Origin: Candidatus Saccharimonadota bacterium | Lineage (GTDB): Bacteria; Bacteroidota; Bacteroidia; Flavobacteriales; Blattabacteriaceae | Reading direction: 5' to 3' | Assembly: GCF_014252415.1 (NCBI RefSeq) | Contig: NZ_CP059223.1 | Coordinates: 150,001-182,000 of the forward strand | DNA length: 32,000 bases | Part shown: piece after piece, positions 17,768-27,453 of the stretch | Layout of the letters: every line of letters begins with the position of its first letter | Numbering within the stretch: position 1 is the first letter of the stretch | Notes under the pieces: model-generated | Told to the model about the DNA's origin: nothing | The model's database searches: none | Seen by the model: only the letters and a program-made list of their open reading frames with translations | Made by a program: the position numbers and the translations under genes

Positions 17768-18616
17768 TTATATTGATAAATTATGAGTTCTTAATGCGTG
17801 ATTTAATGACGTTTTTTTGTTAGTACTTTCTTTTCTTTTTCCTATAATTAATGCACATGGAACATAATATGTTCCAGCAGGAAATTTTTTTGGATAAGAT
17901 CCAGGAATAACAACAGAATATTTAGGAATAAATCCTTTTATTTCAGTTGAATTTTCATTAGTTACATCAAAAATTTTAGTAGAAGATGTTATAACTACAT
18001 TTGATCCTAATACTGCTCCTTTTTTTATAATAACTCCTTCAACTAAAATACATCTAGATCCTATAAATACATCATCTTCAATAATAACTGGATAAGATTG
18101 TAAAGGTTCTAATACTCCCCCTATCCCAACTCCTCCGCTTATATGGACTCTTTCTCCAATTTGAGCACAACTACCTATTGTTGCCCAAGTATCAATCATA
18201 GTTTCTTTTCCTATATATGCTCCTATATTTACATAGGATGGCATAAGTACCACTCCTGGGGATATATATGAACCATAACGAGCTATAGCATGTGGAACTA
18301 CACGTATTCCTTTTTCTTTGAATTTATTTTTTATAGGGATTTTGTCATAAAATTCTAATGGACCTAATTCAATTTTATTCATTTTTTGAATTGAAAAATA
18401 CATAATAATAGCTTTTTTTATCCATTCATTAACAATCCATTTATTATCTGATAATTCACAAACTCTTATTAATCCTTTTTCAATATTTTCAATTACTTTT
18501 ATTACTGAATTTTTAATATTTTTGTCAATTATCCATATATTTTTATTATTCCAATAATTTTCTATTTTTAATTTTAAATTATCCACTTTTTCATATAGTT
18601 TATTGTTATAAAACAA
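17768..18616 (-). CDS. dapD: tetrahydrodipicolinate N-succinyltransferase
   Basis: Left-handed beta-helix hexapeptide repeats (IGERVHISGGVGIGG, VIIEDDVFIGS) with a DapD N-terminal domain. The start is a TTG at 18616; no in-frame ATG occurs before Met72. Confidence 0.88.
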   Translation of the reverse strand: MFYNNKLYEKVDNLKLKIENYWNNKNIWIIDKNIKNSVIKVIENIEKGLIRVCELSDNKWIVNEWIKKAIIMYFSIQKMNKIELGPLEFYDKIPIKNKFKEKGIRVVPHAIARYGSYISPGVVLMPSYVNIGAYIGKETMIDTWATIGSCAQIGERVHISGGVGIGGVLEPLQSYPVIIEDDVFIGSRCILVEGVIIKKGAVLGSNVVITSSTKIFDVTNENSTEIKGFIPKYSVVIPGSYPKKFPAGTYYVPCALIIGKRKESTNKKTSLNHALRTHNLSI

Positions 18617-18694
18617 AAATAAAAAAAATATAAGAATATGATAGTAATAATTTTTTTACTAAAAAAAATTAATTGAAAAAAAAATTATTTAATA

Positions 18695-19126
18695 ATGAGT
18701 AAAATACTAGGAATAGATTATGGAAAAATAATGACTGGATTATCTATAACAGATCAAAACAAAATATTTGCATTTGGATTGGATTCAATTCCAACTAGTA
18801 AATTAATGTTTTTTTTAAAATCTATTATTTTTCATGAGAAAATAGAAAAGTTAGTTATAGGACTTCCCAAAAAACTTAATAATGAAATTGAATTTTTATT
18901 AGAAAAAAAAATTCAAAAGTTTATTAAAAACTTTAAAAAAGTATACCCATCAATATCTATAGAAAGAATAGACGAACGATTAACATCTAAAATATCTACT
19001 CAATCTATGAAATTAATAAAAATAAAATCAAAAAAAAGAAAAAAAAATAGAAAAAAAATTTTAAATAAAATTAGTGCTACTATAATTTTACAATCTTATC
19101 TTCTAAAATTAGAAAAAATTAAATAA
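18695..19126 (+). CDS. ruvX: YqgF/RuvX-family putative pre-16S rRNA nuclease / Holliday junction resolvase
   Basis: ILGIDYGKIMTG N-terminus, DERLTS, and the C-terminal ATIILQSYL. Confidence 0.82.
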   Translation: MSKILGIDYGKIMTGLSITDQNKIFAFGLDSIPTSKLMFFLKSIIFHEKIEKLVIGLPKKLNNEIEFLLEKKIQKFIKNFKKVYPSISIERIDERLTSKISTQSMKLIKIKSKKRKKNRKKILNKISATIILQSYLLKLEKIK

Positions 19127-19145
19127 AAAAAATATTTTTTATATC

Positions 19146-19661
19146 ATGGTCTTACCTATAGTATTTTACGGAAATCCTATTTTAAGAAAAAAATGTTCAG
19201 ATATTAATTTTTCTCATTATAAAAAAAAAGATATTTATAGATTAATCAATAATATGTTCGAAACAATACATAAAGTAAAAGGAATTGGTTTAGCTGCTCC
19301 TCAAATAGGAAAAAATATAAAATTATTTATAATAGAAACACCATTATTATTAGACAACAATAAAAAAAATTATAAAAAATACAAAGAAGTTTTTATTAAT
19401 GCTAAATTAATAAAAATATTTGGAAAAGAATATAAATTTAATGAAGGATGCTTAAGCATTCCAGGAGTTTATAGTACTATAAAAAGAAAATCTAATATAA
19501 TTGTGGAATATTGTAATCAATATGGAGAAAAAAAAACAAAATGTTTTACAGGTATAAAATCAAGAATTATTCAACATGAATATGATCATACACAAGGTAA
19601 ATTATTTATAGATTATTTACCATATAAAAAAAGAAAATTAATAAAAAAAATTATTAAATAA
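19146..19661 (+). CDS. def: peptide deformylase
   Basis: GIGLAAPQIG, EGCLSIPG and QHEYDH metal-binding motifs. Confidence 0.94.
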   Translation: MVLPIVFYGNPILRKKCSDINFSHYKKKDIYRLINNMFETIHKVKGIGLAAPQIGKNIKLFIIETPLLLDNNKKNYKKYKEVFINAKLIKIFGKEYKFNEGCLSIPGVYSTIKRKSNIIVEYCNQYGEKKTKCFTGIKSRIIQHEYDHTQGKLFIDYLPYKKRKLIKKIIK

Positions 19662-19680
19662 TAATTTAATAAATAATTGA

Positions 19681-20022
19681 TTAGACCATATCTATTAGTT
19701 TTTTAAAACTAATAGGATCGTTCATAGATATATCTGAAATAACTTTACGGTTAAGTTTTATATTTTTATCGGATAATTTTTTTATAAATCTTGAATAAGA
19801 TATTCCATATTTTCTTGATCCAGCATTAATCCTCTGTATCCACAATGATCTAAAATCTCTTTTTCTTTTTTTTCTTCCATAAAAAGAATATAAAAATGAT
19901 TTTTCTACAGCATTTTTTGCCACAGTATAAATTCTATTTCTTGAACCATAAAATCCTTTAGCTAACTTAATTATTTTTTTTCTTCTTTTTCTAGAAGAAA
20001 CTGAATTTTTTGATCTGGGCAT
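19681..20022 (-). CDS. rplT: 50S ribosomal protein L20
   Basis: MPRSKNSVSSRKRRKKIIKLAKGFYG... is the canonical L20 N-terminus, and the gene lies in infC-rpmI-rplT order. Confidence 0.96.
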   Translation of the reverse strand: MPRSKNSVSSRKRRKKIIKLAKGFYGSRNRIYTVAKNAVEKSFLYSFYGRKKRKRDFRSLWIQRINAGSRKYGISYSRFIKKLSDKNIKLNRKVISDISMNDPISFKKLIDMV

Positions 20023-20025
20023 AAT

Positions 20026-20214
20026 TTATATTTGTTTTTTAATATTTTTTTTATCTGATTTTTTTACTAAATAAAAATTTCTTAATCGTCTTTTTCTTTT
20101 TTTTGATTTTTTAGTTAATAAATGACTTTTAAATGAACATTTTCTTTTTATATGTCCACTACATGTTTTTTTAAATCTTTTTTTTGATCCTGATTTAGTT
20201 TTTAATTTTGGCAT
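20026..20214 (-). CDS. rpmI: 50S ribosomal protein L35
   Basis: [17 protein letters not shown]..., 62 aa, located between infC and rplT. Confidence 0.94.
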   Translation of the reverse strand: MPKLKTKSGSKKRFKKTCSGHIKRKCSFKSHLLTKKSKKRKRRLRNFYLVKKSDKKNIKKQI

Positions 20215-20225
20215 AAAAAATAAAA

Positions 20226-20801
20226 TTAAAATTTTTTTGGAGATATAATCATATACATCCTTTTTCCTTCCATTATAGGCATTTGTTCTACTTTACCATA
20301 TTTTTCAATATCTTCTGCAAATTTTAATAATTTTATTTTTCCTTGTTCTTTATATACAATGGAACGTCCTTTGAAAAAAACAAATACTTTAACTTTATCA
20401 CCACGCATTAAAAATTTTTCAGCACTTTTTAATTTAACTTTTCCATCATGATCACCTATTTGTGGGCCGAATCTAATTTCTTTTGTATTGACTTTAACTT
20501 GTTTTGCTTTAAACTGTTTTTTTCTTTTTTTTTGTTCGTATAAATATTTTTTATAATCTAATATTTTACAAACTGGAGGGTTTAATTTTGGATTTATTTC
20601 AACTAAATCCATGTCTCTTTCTTTCGCTAAAGAAACAATATTTTTAGTTGGATATATTCCACTTTTAATAGATTCATCTCCTACTAATCTAATTATTTTA
20701 GAAAAAATTTTATTATTAATACGATGAAATTCTTTTTTTTTTACAATTGGTTTATGAACCCTCCTTTTTTTATTTATTCTTGAAAATTTTTTTTTTATAA
20801 T
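20226..20801 (-). CDS. infC: translation initiation factor IF-3 (non-AUG start; 5' boundary uncertain)
   Basis: The track ORF (start 20612, [23 protein letters not shown]) covers only the end of the N-domain onward. The same frame stays open upstream to 20828 and encodes ...[40 protein letters not shown], the conserved IF-3 N-domain, with no ATG, GTG or TTG. Candidate starts lie just downstream of the thrS stop: ATA 20804, ATT 20801, ATA 20798. ATT 20747 is an alternative. Confidence 0.85.
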   Translation of the reverse strand: MIKKKFSRINKKRRVHKPIVKKKEFHRINNKIFSKIIRLVGDESIKSGIYPTKNIVSLAKERDMDLVEINPKLNPPVCKILDYKKYLYEQKKRKKQFKAKQVKVNTKEIRFGPQIGDHDGKVKLKSAEKFLMRGDKVKVFVFFKGRSIVYKEQGKIKLLKFAEDIEKYGKVEQMPIMEGKRMYMIISPKKF

Positions 20802-20811
20802 TATAAAATTT

Positions 20812-22056
20812 TTAAAATTGATATAAATTTATTTCTCTCAAAATTTTTTTTATTCCATCAATATAATAGAAATTTCCTATATTTCCTAATTTATGACATC
20901 TTATTGAGATTGAATTATTATTTTCTTCTTTTTTTCCTAAAACAATCATATAAGGAATTTTATCGTTTTCAGAATCTCTTATTTTTTTACTAATTTTTTC
21001 ATTTCTATTATCAACAAAAGATCTAATATTATAATTTAACATCAAATTTAAAATTTTTTTTGCATAAATTATGTACTTATTACTAATAGGTAAAACCACT
21101 ACATGATAAGGAACCATCCATAATGGTAAATTTCCTTTTGTATGTTCTATCATTATTGCAATAATTCTTTCTAATGAACCAAATGGTGCTCTATGAATTA
21201 TTACCGGTCTGTACTTTTTATTATCTTTTCCTCTATAATATAAATTAAATCTTTCAGGTAAATTATAATCTATTTGAATAGTACCTAATTGCCAATTTCT
21301 CCCCAAAGAATCTTTTATTAAAAAATCTAATTTAGGACCATAAAACGCAGCTTCTCCATAATTAATAATAGATTTTATATTTTTATTTTTAACTAATTTT
21401 AATATAGATTCTTCTGCTTTTTTCCAATTCTCATTAGATCCTATATAATTATCAATTTTATTAGGATCTCTTAATGATATTCTAACTGTATAATCCATAA
21501 AACCTAAGAATTTGAATACATAAAATATTAAATCAATAACATTATCAAATTCTTTTAATAATTGATCATATGTACAAAATATATGAGCATCATCTTGAGT
21601 AAAAGATCTAACTCTAATTAAGCCATAAAGTTCTCCACTTTTTTCATATCTGTATACTGTACCAAATTCTGAAAATCGTTTAGGTAAGTCTTTATATGAC
21701 CATTCTTGAGAACGATAAATTTCACAATGATGTGGACAATTCATTGGTTTTAATATAAATTCATCATCATAAGGAGTACTAATTGGTTGAAAACTATCTT
21801 TTCCATATTTATTCCAATGTCCACTTTTCATATATAATTTTTTACTTCCGATATGAGGCGTTATAACCATTTCATAACCTGATTTTTTTTGTATTTTTAT
21901 TAAAAATTTTTCTAAATTATTTCTAACAATTGTACCTTTTGGTAACCATAATGGTAAACCCGATCCAACTTCATCAGAAAAAATGAAAAACTTTAATTTT
22001 TTTCCTATTTTTCTATGATCTCTATCGTCTGAACAAATAAAATTTTTTTTTTCCAT
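20812..22056 (-). CDS. thrS: threonyl-tRNA synthetase, catalytic plus anticodon-binding core only (N-terminal TGS/editing region absent)
   Basis: Starts MEKKNFICSDDRDHRKIGKKL, followed by KPMNCPHH, FTQDDAHIFC and IIHRAPFGSLER and a C-terminal anticodon-binding domain. ATG start; glpF ends 24 nt upstream. Confidence 0.92.
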   Translation of the reverse strand: MEKKNFICSDDRDHRKIGKKLKFFIFSDEVGSGLPLWLPKGTIVRNNLEKFLIKIQKKSGYEMVITPHIGSKKLYMKSGHWNKYGKDSFQPISTPYDDEFILKPMNCPHHCEIYRSQEWSYKDLPKRFSEFGTVYRYEKSGELYGLIRVRSFTQDDAHIFCTYDQLLKEFDNVIDLIFYVFKFLGFMDYTVRISLRDPNKIDNYIGSNENWKKAEESILKLVKNKNIKSIINYGEAAFYGPKLDFLIKDSLGRNWQLGTIQIDYNLPERFNLYYRGKDNKKYRPVIIHRAPFGSLERIIAIMIEHTKGNLPLWMVPYHVVVLPISNKYIIYAKKILNLMLNYNIRSFVDNRNEKISKKIRDSENDKIPYMIVLGKKEENNNSISIRCHKLGNIGNFYYIDGIKKILREINLYQF

Positions 22057-22080
22057 ACGATAATATAAAAATATTATTTT

Positions 22081-22827
22081 TTACGATAAAAATAAATATA
22101 ATTTTGCAGCTATTATACTTCCTATAATAGGCCCTAAAATTGGCACAATAGCATAATCCCAATTACTATCTCCTTTTCCTGAAATAGGAAAAATACTGTG
22201 AACTATTCTAGGTCCTAAATCACGAGTAGGATTTATTGCAGGACCTGTAATACCCCCTAAAGATATAATAATTCCTAATATTAATAATGAAGTTGGTATA
22301 TATTCTAATACTCCTAATTCTACTATAGGATAATCTTCTTCTTTAAAAAACATCTCTTTTGATGAAATAAATAAAGAAGCAAATATAAAAATAAAAGTAG
22401 ATAAAATTTCACTAAAAAAATTAGAATAAAAATTTTTTACAGTAGGAATTGTAACAAAAATAGATAATTTATCTTTTTTATTTTTTGTAAATGAAAAATA
22501 ATCTTTATATAAAATCCAAACCAAAATTGATCCTAGGATTGATCCAATTAATTGAGATATAATATAAAAAGGTACTAGGTACCAACTAAACTTACCTGTT
22601 AGAGCAAGACTTATTGTAACACATGGATTTAAATGTGCTCCACTGTATGGAGCAGAGATAATTACTCCAATAAAAACAGCTAAAGACCATCCAATTGCAA
22701 TCGTTAACCAACCTTTATTTTTATCATCATTGTTATTTTTTTTTGTTAAAATAACATTTGCTGCTACCCCATTTCCTAATAAAACTAGAACTGTTGTTCC
22801 AATGATTTCCGCACATATTTTTATCAT
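22081..22827 (-). CDS. glpF: MIP-family glycerol uptake facilitator / aquaglyceroporin with variant NPA boxes
   Basis: Six-helix hydrophobic protein with SGAHLNPCVT and GPAINPTRDLGPR. Located directly upstream of thrS and downstream of glpK. Confidence 0.88.
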   Translation of the reverse strand: MIKICAEIIGTTVLVLLGNGVAANVILTKKNNNDDKNKGWLTIAIGWSLAVFIGVIISAPYSGAHLNPCVTISLALTGKFSWYLVPFYIISQLIGSILGSILVWILYKDYFSFTKNKKDKLSIFVTIPTVKNFYSNFFSEILSTFIFIFASLFISSKEMFFKEEDYPIVELGVLEYIPTSLLILGIIISLGGITGPAINPTRDLGPRIVHSIFPISGKGDSNWDYAIVPILGPIIGSIIAAKLYLFLS

Positions 22828-22839
22828 AATTATTTCAAT

Positions 22840-24336
22840 TTATTCTATAGAGGACCAAGTACGAGTTATTTTTATTGCTTTTTTCCAACCTTTAATTCTT
22901 TCCATACGCCCATAAATTTTTTTTGGTTTAAAAATAATTTTTTTCATTTTCCATTTATTTTTAATATCTTTTAATCCACTCCAATAATTAACAGCTAATC
23001 CAGATAAATATGCAGCACCAGCTGCAGTTAATTCAGATATACCATATTTTACTATTTTTACATTTAAAATATCAGATTGAAATTGCATCAATAATTTATT
23101 AATTGTAGCACCTCCATCTACTCTAAGTTCTTTAATAGAAATTCCAGAATCCGCTTCCATTGATTTAATAACATCCATATTTTGAAACGCGATACTTTCT
23201 AATGAAGCACGAACAAAATGAGCAGATGATGTCCCCCTAGTAATTCCAACCACTACACCTCTTGCTCTATTATCCCAATAAGGTGCTCCTAATCCAGAAA
23301 AAGCTGGAACTATGTATAAACCTCCTGTATCATCAACTGATGACGCCAATTTTTCTACATCATTTGATGATGATATAATTTTTAATCCATCTCTAAGCCA
23401 TTGTACTACCGCACCTGCAATAAATACACTACCTTCTAATGCGTACTGAATTTTGTTATGAATTTTCCACGCAATAGTAGTTATCAAATTATTTTTTGAA
23501 AAAATAGGGTCATCCCCTACATTCATTAACATAAAACATCCTGTACCATAAGTATTTTTTACCATTCCTACTTTTGTACACATTTGTCCAAAAAGAGAAG
23601 CTTGTTGATCCCCGGCAATACCTGATATAGGTATATTTTTTGAAATAATATTTCCTGTCGTATAACCAAATATTTCACTAGACGATTTAACTTCGGGAAG
23701 CATATTTTTTGGAATATTAAATAGATTAATTAATTCATCATCCCAGTTTAATGTACGAATATTAAATAACATAGTTCTAGAAGCGTTAGTTACGTCTGTG
23801 ACATGAATTTTTTTTCCAGTTAAATTCCATATTAACCATGAATCTATAGTACCAAACGCTAACACTCCTAAATCAGCTTTTTTTCTAGCACCTGGAATAT
23901 TATCTAATATCCATTTAATTTTAGTAGCAGAAAAATAAGGATCTATAATTAATCCTGTTTTTTTTCTAATCATTGCGGTTAATCCATCTTTTTTAAGATG
24001 ATCGCAATATTGAGATGTTCTCCTATCTTGCCAAACTATAGCATTAAAAATTGGTTTTCCAGTAATTTTATCCCATACCACTGTAGTTTCTCTTTGATTT
24101 GTTATTCCTATTGAAACAATATTTTTTCCATTTAAATCAACTTTTAACATTGCTTCTAAAGCAACAGATGCTTGTGTTGACCATATTTCTTCCGCATTAT
24201 GTTCTACCCATCCAGGGTTAGGATATATTTGAGTAAATTCTTTTTGAGCTACAGACACTATGTTTCCAACATTATCAAAAATTATAGCTCTAGAACTTGT
24301 AGTACCTTGATCTAAGGATAGCACATATTTATTCAT
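22840..24336 (-). CDS. glpK: glycerol kinase
   Basis: 498 aa colinear with GlpK ([33 protein letters not shown]). Confidence 0.96.
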   Translation of the reverse strand: MNKYVLSLDQGTTSSRAIIFDNVGNIVSVAQKEFTQIYPNPGWVEHNAEEIWSTQASVALEAMLKVDLNGKNIVSIGITNQRETTVVWDKITGKPIFNAIVWQDRRTSQYCDHLKKDGLTAMIRKKTGLIIDPYFSATKIKWILDNIPGARKKADLGVLAFGTIDSWLIWNLTGKKIHVTDVTNASRTMLFNIRTLNWDDELINLFNIPKNMLPEVKSSSEIFGYTTGNIISKNIPISGIAGDQQASLFGQMCTKVGMVKNTYGTGCFMLMNVGDDPIFSKNNLITTIAWKIHNKIQYALEGSVFIAGAVVQWLRDGLKIISSSNDVEKLASSVDDTGGLYIVPAFSGLGAPYWDNRARGVVVGITRGTSSAHFVRASLESIAFQNMDVIKSMEADSGISIKELRVDGGATINKLLMQFQSDILNVKIVKYGISELTAAGAAYLSGLAVNYWSGLKDIKNKWKMKKIIFKPKKIYGRMERIKGWKKAIKITRTWSSIE

Positions 24337-24374
24337 AAATAAATGAATTAAAACAACTATTCTACTTAAATTTT

Positions 24375-25973
24375 TTATCTTCCTTTTAATGGAGGATAGT
24401 AATACCGCATAGCTAGTTGTTTAAAAGATGCTATTTGTGACTTTTCCCATTCTTTATCACGAGAAAGTTCCTTAGCCATTAACGATGCTACTCTTGGTGC
24501 TATATCTATTGATTTTCTTGCATTTAAAAACAATAAACGAAATCTTCTTGCTAAAATATCTTCAACAGTTCTTGCCATTTCATAACGTACCATCCATATT
24601 ACTTCTGCTTCGGTAAAAGAAAACATTTTATTTTTGTAAAATAATTTTTTTCCTAAAATAGGATCATTTTTTATTAATTTTCCAATATAAAATTGATCTT
24701 CTCCATACCTATCCCAATAATAATTTTCATTATTAGATATATAATTGGATCCATGAATTTTTAAATTTTTTGTTATAGAAGGTTTTTTTATTAATTTTCC
24801 TATTTTAATAGCTTTATTAACCGTTTCTTCTCCCATTTTTCTATATGTAGTCCATTTACCTCCTATTATATTTATTAATCCAGATGGATTAACTACAATT
24901 TTATGAGATCTAGAAATATCTTTAGTTTCTTTATTATTAAACTTAGGATAAAAAAGAGGACGTAAACCAGAAAATGCACTTAATATATCACTTTTTTTTG
25001 GTTCAGTAGTAAAATACCTTTTAAAATTTTGTAAAATAAAATCAATTTCTTCTTCTAAAGGTGATGGATCAATATTACTTTTCTTTAAAAGAGTATCCGT
25101 TGTTCCTATTAAAACATGATCATACCATGGAACACAAAATAAAACCCGACCGTCTGTAGTTTTAGGTATAACTAAAGCATTTTTACTTTTGAAGAAAGAT
25201 TTGCTTAAAACAATATGTGTTCCTTGACTAGGTTTAATTAATATATTAGAATCAAGTTGATCCATTCTTGAAATATAATTAGAAAAAACTCCAGTAGCAT
25301 TAATAACAACTTTAGAAGAAATAGAATATTCCTTATTGTTTTCAATATCTGTAGCTAAAACCCCAGATATTTTTCCATTTTCTTTTTTTAATTGATTAAC
25401 TTTAAAATAATTTAATAATATTCCTTTATGCTGAACACAAGTTTGTGCTATATTTATAATCAAACGAGAATCATCAAATTGACCATCATAGTATAATATA
25501 CCACCTTTTAATTTTTCATTTCTAATTTCAGGAAAATTTTTTATTATATCATTTTTAGATAAAAAAATAGATTTCCCAAAACTTAGAGATCCTGATAACC
25601 ATTCATATAATTTTAAACCAGACCAATAAAGAAATCCCATTCCAATATTGAAAATTGGTATAACAAATTTTTTTTTCTTTACTAAATGAGGTGCATTTTT
25701 TAATAAAAAACCTCTTTCTTTTAATGCTTCAAAAACTAATTTTATATTTCCTTGAGCTAAATATCTTATTCCTCCATGAATTAGTTTAGTACTTCTACTA
25801 GAAGTACCCTTAGAAAAATCTTCTTGTTCTAAAAGAAGTGTTTTATATCCTCTAGATGAGGAATCTAGAGCAATACCAACTCCAGTAGATCCACCTCCAA
25901 TAATAATTATATCCCAGATATCAACATTTTTTAAAACGTTTAAAAATTTTTTTCTATTTAAAAAATTTTTCAT
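24375..25973 (-). CDS. glpD: FAD-dependent glycerol-3-phosphate dehydrogenase
   Basis: [15 protein letters not shown] dinucleotide fold, GGKWTTYR, and a C-terminal GlpD-type domain. I place the start at ATG 25973 (MKNFLNRKK); the track start at 25997 is a TTG eight codons upstream. Confidence 0.9.
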   Translation of the reverse strand: MKNFLNRKKFLNVLKNVDIWDIIIIGGGSTGVGIALDSSSRGYKTLLLEQEDFSKGTSSRSTKLIHGGIRYLAQGNIKLVFEALKERGFLLKNAPHLVKKKKFVIPIFNIGMGFLYWSGLKLYEWLSGSLSFGKSIFLSKNDIIKNFPEIRNEKLKGGILYYDGQFDDSRLIINIAQTCVQHKGILLNYFKVNQLKKENGKISGVLATDIENNKEYSISSKVVINATGVFSNYISRMDQLDSNILIKPSQGTHIVLSKSFFKSKNALVIPKTTDGRVLFCVPWYDHVLIGTTDTLLKKSNIDPSPLEEEIDFILQNFKRYFTTEPKKSDILSAFSGLRPLFYPKFNNKETKDISRSHKIVVNPSGLINIIGGKWTTYRKMGEETVNKAIKIGKLIKKPSITKNLKIHGSNYISNNENYYWDRYGEDQFYIGKLIKNDPILGKKLFYKNKMFSFTEAEVIWMVRYEMARTVEDILARRFRLLFLNARKSIDIAPRVASLMAKELSRDKEWEKSQIASFKQLAMRYYYPPLKGR

Positions 25974-26045
25974 AATATTTTTTGGTGGGGATTTCAATAT
26001 TAATTTTCATAATTATTTGATTTATTGAAAAAAAGAATTAATAAG

Positions 26046-26053
26046 CAAAATTA
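26046..26053 (-). promoter_or_regulatory. candidate Bacteroidota sigma-A -7 box (TAnnTTTG) upstream of glpD
   Basis: The minus strand reads TAATTTTG inside the largest spacer of the window (25974-26096), about 70 nt upstream of the glpD ATG. No properly spaced -33 element is present. Confidence 0.3.
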
Positions 26054-26096
26054 AAAATATTTTCAATTAAAATAAAATTTTAAATCATGATTTAAT

Positions 26097-27431
26097 TTAC
26101 TTTTTAGTCATTTTTGATAAAAAATCTTTTATAAGATTATTATTCATATTAACATTAATTTTTTTCATTACTTTATTCATATTATGGAATTGTTTTAAAA
26201 ATGTATCTATATCATTTATAGTATTACCAGAACCATTAGAAATCCTATTTTTTCTACTGATACCAGTATGAGAATAAAATACTTCAGGATTTTTTTTTTC
26301 ATAAGGTGTCATAGATAAAATTATAGATTCAATTTTTTCAAAAGATATTTTATTATTAAAATAACTTTTATTCATTCCAGGAATCATAGAAATAATATTT
26401 TTTATATTTCCAATTTTTTTTATTCTTTTTATTTGATCTAATAAATCATAAAAATTAAATTGATTTTTCAATATTTTTTTATGAATTTTTCTAGCTCTTT
26501 TTTCGTCAAACTGTTCCTGAACTTTTTCTACAAAAGAAACAACATCTCCCATCCCCAAGATACGATCAGCCATTCTATCTGGATGAAAAATTTCTATATT
26601 TTCTATTTTTTCTCCATTACTAATAAACTTAATCGGTTTTTTAACTATATCTGATATAGTTATAGCTACTCCTCCTTTATTATCACCATCTAATTTAGTT
26701 AATACAAGACCGTCAATATTCAATGTTTTTGAAAATAATCTTGCACTATTAATAGCATCTTGTCCAATCATAGAATCCACTACAAATAAGGTTTCAGATG
26801 GATTCACGTTTTCACTAATTTTTTTTATTTCATCCATCATAAAATTATCTATTGCTAATCTACCAGCGGTATCAATAATAATTATATTTTTGTTTTTCTT
26901 ATTTGCATAAATAATAGATTGATTTACAATATCAATAACATTTTTATTATTTTTTAAATAAAATAGAGGTACATCTATTTTATTTGCTAATGAATTTAAT
27001 TGTTCTATGGCTGCTGGACGATAAATATCTGCGGCTACCAAAAGAGGATAATAACCCTTTTTTTTTAAAAAAAAAGATAATTTAGAAGCAAATGATGTTT
27101 TTCCACTACCTTGTAATCCACAAATTAATATAATTGAAGGGTTTTTAGATAGATTTAAATCTACCTTTTTTCCTCCCATAAGTTGAGTTAATTCATCATA
27201 AACAAATTTTATAATTTGTTGTTTTGGATTTAAAGATTGTAATACTTTTTTTCCAATAGATTTTGTCTTTACTTTTTTAATAAAATTTATTACAATATTA
27301 TGATTAACATCTGAATCTATAAGAGCTTTTCCTATATCTTTTAAAACAATAGAAACATTAATTTCTGTTATTTTATTTCCTTTTAAAATATTAAAGGATT
27401 GATCAATTTTTTCTTTTAAATTTTTAAACAT
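26097..27431 (-). CDS. ffh: signal recognition particle protein
   Basis: NG domain GLQGSGKTS, DTAGR and TKLDGD, followed by a Met-rich M domain. Confidence 0.96.
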   Translation of the reverse strand: MFKNLKEKIDQSFNILKGNKITEINVSIVLKDIGKALIDSDVNHNIVINFIKKVKTKSIGKKVLQSLNPKQQIIKFVYDELTQLMGGKKVDLNLSKNPSIILICGLQGSGKTSFASKLSFFLKKKGYYPLLVAADIYRPAAIEQLNSLANKIDVPLFYLKNNKNVIDIVNQSIIYANKKNKNIIIIDTAGRLAIDNFMMDEIKKISENVNPSETLFVVDSMIGQDAINSARLFSKTLNIDGLVLTKLDGDNKGGVAITISDIVKKPIKFISNGEKIENIEIFHPDRMADRILGMGDVVSFVEKVQEQFDEKRARKIHKKILKNQFNFYDLLDQIKRIKKIGNIKNIISMIPGMNKSYFNNKISFEKIESIILSMTPYEKKNPEVFYSHTGISRKNRISNGSGNTINDIDTFLKQFHNMNKVMKKINVNMNNNLIKDFLSKMTKK

Positions 27432-27453
27432 TATAATTTTTATTAAAATAAAT

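Noticed and set aside
20760-20765. AGGAGG as a genuine Shine-Dalgarno element defining the infC start at ATT 20747.
   Set aside because: It is not adopted as the primary model. It lies within sequence that aligns with the basic N-terminal tail of the flavobacterial IF-3 I recall (RR pair). The 12-nt spacing is long, and no other gene in the window shows an SD. It is kept only as an alternative in the infC finding.
25974-25997. Track starts glpD at 25997, and likewise argS at 29250.
   Set aside because: Both are TTG codons translated as M by the ORF caller. ATG codons 8 and 10 codons downstream give N-termini that fit the families better, and for argS this avoids a 31-nt overlap with ilvE.
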